From: Nemertoderma westbladi
Taxonomy: Eukaryota; Animalia; Xenacoelomorpha
DNA length: 64,000 nt
Assembly (NCBI GenBank): GCA_032718475.1
Contig: JAUCBJ010005712.1
Location: forward strand, 81,059-145,058
Direction: 5' to 3'
A model generated the notes under the pieces. That model had not been told where the DNA came from, ran no database searches, and was given only the letters and a program-made list of their open reading frames with translations. Below are positions 59,730 to 64,000 of this stretch, piece after piece. The number at the start of each line of letters is the position of its first letter. The first letter of the stretch is position 1. Both the position numbers and the translations under genes were made by a program.

Positions 59730-61015
59730 GACAAACATTAATGAGGGGCACAAACATTAATGAGGGACACATTAATGAGGGACACAAACATTACTGACGG
59801 ACACAAATATTAATGAGGGATACAAACATTAATGAGGGACACAAACATTAATGAGGGGCACATTAATGAGGGACACAAACATTAATTAGGGACACAAACA
59901 TTAATTAGGGACACAAACATTAATGAGGGACACAAACATTAATTAGGGACACAAACATTAATGAGGGACACAAACATTAATTAGGGACACAAACATTAAT
60001 GAGGGACACAAATATTAATGAGGGACACACATTAATGAGGGACACAAACATTAATGAGAGATACAAACATTAATGAGGGACACAAACATTAATGAGGGAC
60101 ACAGTCATTAATGATGGACACAAACATTAATGAGGGATACAAACATTAATGAGGGACACAAACATTAATGAGGGGCACATTAATGAGGGACACAAACATT
60201 AATTAGGGACACAAACATTAATTAGGGACACAAACATTAATGAGGGACACAAACATTAATTAGGGACACAAACATTAATGAGGGACACAAACATTAATTA
60301 GGGACACAAACATTAATGAGGGACACAAATATTAATGAGGGACACACATTAATGAGGGACACAAACATTAATGAGAGATACAAACATTAATGAGGGACAC
60401 AAACATTAATGAGGGACACAGTCATTAATGATGGACACAAACATTAATGAGGGACACAAACATTAATGTAGGACACAAACATTAATGAGGGACACAAACA
60501 TTAATTAGGGACACAAACATTAATGAGGGACACAAATATTAATGAGGGACACATATTAATGAGGGACACAAACATTAATGAGGGATACAAAAATTAATGA
60601 GGGACACAAACATTAATGATGGACACAAACATTAATGAGGGACACAAACATTAATGAGGGACACAAACATTAATGTAGGACACAAACATTAATGAGGGAC
60701 ACAAACATTAATTAGGGACACAAACATTAATGAGGGACACAAATATTAATGAGGGACACATATTAATGAGGGACACAAACATTAATGAGGGACACAAACA
60801 TTAATGAGGGACACAAACATTAATGAGGGACACAAACATTAATGAGGGACACAAACATTAATGAGGGACACAAACATTAATGAGGGACACAAATATTAAT
60901 GAGGGACACAGACATTAATGAGGGACACAAACATTAATGAAGGCCACAAACATTAATGAGGGACACAAACATTAATGAGGGACACAAACATTAATCAGGG
61001 GCACAACATTAATAG
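59730..61015. repeat. 19-bp minisatellite ACAAACATTAATGAGGGAC (15-bp variants), ~68 units, containing a ~319-bp internal duplication
   Basis: Seen directly. Variants gagagatac and acagtcattaatgatgg each recur ~319 bp apart (~60056/60374 and ~60101/60420). Confidence 0.96.
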
Positions 61016-61080
61016 GAGCACTACAATAATTTATGGTGTGTCATCACCCATAGAAATTAATGTGTTCTATTTTTAAAAAG

Positions 61081-61341
61081 TGACCGCTCGACGCGGCCGC
61101 TCGCCGCTCCTGTGGTGTATCACGGCCTTTAAGTCAATTGAGGAATTCGGGTTTCCTGTACGTTTAGAAACAGACAGGGGAACAGAGAATGGCCTCAGCT
61201 GCAGAGCCCAAGTCTTCTTTCGCAGAGACAGCGAAGCGCATCGGTACATTTCTTATCTTAAAAACCAACGTATCGAGTCATGGTGGGCTATACTTCGCAA
61301 GACATGGAGTAACTTCTGGATAAATTTACTTAAAGATCTTG
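61081..61341 (+). pseudogene. Fragment of a DDE integrase-core transposase (IS3/IS481-like eukaryotic type, IS3EU-like)
   Basis: Peptide FGFPVRLETDRGTENG...Q.FFR...HRYISYLKNQRIESWWAILRK...FWINLLKDL contains the second catalytic Asp (D-x-G-T-E-N) and the catalytic Glu (N-Q-R-I-E) motifs. Possible acceptor AG at 61079-61080. Similarity stops abruptly at TGTTAG (61342). Confidence 0.8.
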
Positions 61342-64000
61342 TGTTAGCTTATTCAATCCCGCCAACACCCCATAAAGTTGTAAGCCGATAAGCAATATTG
61401 GGAGCCACGAGATTGGGCAATTAACCAACTCGTGCCATCCCAATAAGAGTGGGAAGGAAGCACACAATAGAGGGTCAGGGGCCAAACCCCTAACCCAAGG
61501 AGAACAGGTGGAGTGAAGGGGAATACTCCACGGGGCGCCAACGAGGGTATCAACCAATCAGAGGGGGGAATGGCATCGATTGAGTAGCAGTAAGGCCAAC
61601 CGTGCAGTATAGCCACTTGGCAGTAATATTACCTATTCAGTTATCTCAGTGCAGCAGTGCTAGCGTAGGGTACAGCCAATTAGTTTAGTTAGGGGATCAC
61701 GGGACTTTAGTTACCGTATCCCGCCTTGTACACATTTACAATATATCCATATCTTATAACCTCCTATTATACACCGAACTTCAGAACTCAGTCACTTTAT
61801 TTCATCCTTATACACGGCGGGGACGCGTGGACTAAATTACCACAACCGGATAAATCGGGATCCCTCTTGGATCCCGTCACAGTAACTAAATCGGTGCTGC
61901 TTCCCCAGCTAAACTCAGTAACTAAAGCCAGCTGCCGCCCTAGACAAACTCTATAAACACTAGCCACCGAAATCTGCAGAAGAGAGATGAGCGATTCGGG
62001 CGAGACACCACCGCGGACCCCGGACGAAGACCTAACGATCCGCGAGGCCGCGACCAAACGATACAGGCCCACGACGCCGGAGCCATCGATAGTGGGCGGA
62101 CCGGAAGTCGAGGATGAGGGGGGCCTGGAGCTCGAAGCCGAGCCAAGAGAAAGGGAGAGCGAGAAGGAGGGAGAAAGGGCGGAGTCGACACGGGACGGAG
62201 AAAGGCGCGCCGATGTCGCCGGCCAGCTACCGGCCGAGGGCGACGAGCGGCCCACCGAAACGGTGACGGTGGGGCCGACGGTGCGACGCCGGACGCGAAG
62301 AGACGGAACAAAGATCGGTACCGATGTCGCCGGCCAGCTACAGGCCGAGGGCGACGGACGGCCCACCGGAACGGCGACGGTGGAGCCGCCGGTACGACGT
62401 CGAACCCGGAGGGAGAGGGGAGAAGTCGGCGACGAGGACGTCGGGGTTTCTGAGCGACTCCGACGCGCTTACATCGCAACCCGGAGGATACTAAACGATG
62501 CCAAGAAGAAAGGGGCGAAGGTGGACGAGGTGAGACTGAGGAAGCGACTAGGTGAGTCGGATAAACACTTTAGTTATCTAATACACTTTGAGCAGAGAGA
62601 GCTAGCCGAAACGAGGGCACATGAGATTGCCGTGGAACTATTGGAACTGTGGGAGCGTGGGGGTATGGAACCTAGTGTAGGGCCAGTGTACATAGGGCCA
62701 TACTCGGTCGATGCCCGGGGAATAAAACCGGTGGGTTGGAGGGGACTCGAAGGGGGCGAATCCGAGGTTAACTCCGAGGATTCGGCCTCGTCGGTCGGAG
62801 AAAGTTCCGGGAAGCGGGGGAGAGCCAGTGGGTCGGGAAGGCGGAGGGAATCCGTTACAACCGATAAGTCTGCTACATCCTCCGTAAAAGAAAGACGGGT
62901 GAGAGAGATAGAGGCCAGACACCGTCTCAATCTAGCGGTGGAAGCTAATAGAGAAGTAGGTAGACGGCTAGAGGAGGGGAGAGTGATGCTAGAGAGGGAA
63001 GCGGTGTCGATTAAAGAGTTAAGGGAAAGGGGCGAAAGGGCCGCGAGGAACCTTAGGGAGTATGACGAGATGGAGTTGAGGGAAGAGAGGGAACGCGAGG
63101 CGGAACGCGAGAAACGCGAGGCGGAACGCAGGGAGCGTGAGGCGAGAGAGGAAAGTGAACGCAGGGAGCGTGAGGCGAGAGAGGAAAGTGAACGCAGGGA
63201 GCGTGAGGCGAGAGAGGAAAGTGAACGCAAAGAGCGTAAGGCGAGAAGAAGAGAGGGGATTGTGAGAGAGATGGAATTGGTCGAGCAGAGAGAACGGGAG
63301 TCTAGCGAGAAAGTAACAAGAGAGGAGAGTGGCCGAATAGAGTTAGAGAAACGGCGAGAGAAACTCCTAGAGTATACAGCTGTACACGCGCGCGATTTGG
63401 AACGGGCGCGGGCAGGAGTGTCTGAAAGCGGGGCCGGCTCGAGTATTTTTGAGGAGCCGAGGGCCGTAGATACATTTATTAATGCCCCACTGACAGGGAC
63501 CGCACGACAGACCCAAAACTGGTGTGACCGTACGGGCGGGGGGGGTAATAATAATGATGGTACAGTAGGCGTTGTTAATATTGATAATACCGTATGGGAC
63601 AACACTAATCAAACCTTTATTGCAGGAAATACTTTACCTAGTGGTAGTAATTTAAATTTAAATCAGAACAATCCTAGTGTTAATGTAGGAGATAATTCTA
63701 ATATTGATGTAGTTACGCAAAATAATTCAAATAATCAAAATAATAATCCAAATTCGAGCCTACAAAATAATTTAAATAACGCGATCACGCAAAATAATTC
63801 GAATAATTTAAATAATGACCTAAATCCGAATTTACAAAATAATTCGGATAACGTGGCCGCCCAGAGTAATACAAACGATTTTGTTTTGGGCGAGCAAATT
63901 AATTCCGTTTCCAATATGGGTGTTATTAGTGTAGACACGTCGGGCCTACGTAACCAGGGAGCAGAGGGCCTGGTAGGCCACGTAGTTAGTAGACAGGGAG
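61342..64000 (+). mobile_element. Probable LTR retrotransposon, 5' portion (LTR/leader plus gag-like ORF), possibly BEL/Pao; continues beyond the window
   Basis: Abrupt TGTT start exactly where transposase similarity ends, then ~640 bp of higher-GC non-coding sequence and a long open ORF. The 3' LTR, TSD, a clear PBS and pol domains are not visible, so the class is inference. Confidence 0.55.
61987..64000 (+). CDS. Long ORF open to the window end (at least 671 codons): acidic/Pro N-terminus, E/R-rich coiled coil, Asn-rich low-complexity region; gag-like N-terminal region
   Basis: Hand translation from ATG 61987 (MSDSGETPPRTPDEDL...) finds no stop to base 64000. Missing from the ORF track, presumably because it has no stop in the window. 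Contains a 111-bp (37-aa) duplication at 62211/62322 and a 33-bp ERREREAREES repeat at ~63124-63250. Confidence 0.8.
   Translation, partial: MSDSGETPPRTPDEDLTIREAATKRYRPTTPEPSIVGGPEVEDEGGLELEAEPRERESEKEGERAESTRDGERRADVAGQLPAEGDERPTETVTVGPTVRRRTRRDGTKIGTDVAGQLQAEGDGRPTGTATVEPPVRRRTRRERGEVGDEDVGVSERLRRAYIATRRILNDAKKKGAKVDEVRLRKRLGESDKHFSYLIHFEQRELAETRAHEIAVELLELWERGGMEPSVGPVYIGPYSVDARGIKPVGWRGLEGGESEVNSEDSASSVGESSGKRGRASGSGRRRESVTTDKSATSSVKERRVREIEARHRLNLAVEANREVGRRLEEGRVMLEREAVSIKELRERGERAARNLREYDEMELREEREREAEREKREAERREREAREESERREREAREESERREREAREESERKERKARRREGIVREMELVEQRERESSEKVTREESGRIELEKRREKLLEYTAVHARDLERARAGVSESGAGSSIFEEPRAVDTFINAPLTGTARQTQNWCDRTGGGGNNNDGTVGVVNIDNTVWDNTNQTFIAGNTLPSGSNLNLNQNNPSVNVGDNSNIDVVTQNNSNNQNNNPNSSLQNNLNNAITQNNSNNLNNDLNPNLQNNSDNVAAQSNTNDFVLGEQINSVSNMGVISVDTSGLRNQGAEGLVGHVVSRQG

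Larger units (their letters stand above)
59705..61341 (+). mobile_element. Left part of a second IS3EU-like DNA transposon (TACGG terminus, expanded subterminal repeats, transposase fragment), interrupted on the right
   Basis: TACGGAAGCCTCTTAGCGACC at 59705 resembles the first element's terminus TACGGAGCCCGGGAAGGGACA. It is followed immediately by the 19-bp array and then an integrase-core fragment. The right TIR and TSD are not in the window. Confidence 0.6.

Noticed and set aside
45757-61015. CRISPR-like appearance of the 45-, 33- and 19-bp arrays
   Set aside because: Units are head-to-tail with no unique spacers, there are no cas genes, and the context is eukaryotic.
61797-63938. Minus-strand ORFs of 67-343 aa (Ser/Leu/Arg-rich)
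   Set aside because: Antisense shadows of the longer uninterrupted plus-strand ORF starting at 61987.

Overview
Repeat-dominated, AT-rich eukaryotic (animal, probably invertebrate) genomic window. Bases 1-44.6 kb are one uninterrupted 18-bp satellite (GATAGAATAGAATACACA, with 23-bp variants) that has nested higher-order duplications of about 2.8, 4.8, 5.9 and 10.5-11.2 kb; all the long minus-strand ORFs there are artefacts of the repeat. After it come a short unique stretch, a 7.9-kb 45-bp minisatellite, and an intact single-exon class A GPCR gene most like the urotensin-II receptor (55041-56033, minus). Next is a complete 3.0-kb TIR DNA transposon (TACGG...CCGTA termini, 6-bp TSD CAAATC, IS3EU-like). 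It carries a frameshifted HECT E3 ubiquitin-ligase C-terminal exon and a 33-bp satellite. A second TACGG-terminated element starts at 59705: its subterminal repeat appears to have expanded into a 19-bp satellite, and its integrase-type transposase fragment is cut off by a probable LTR retrotransposon whose gag-like ORF (61987 to window end, absent from the ORF track) is open. The most interesting signals are the HECT ligase cargo in an IS3EU-like transposon and the satellites growing inside these transposons. All calls were made by eye; no database searches were run.
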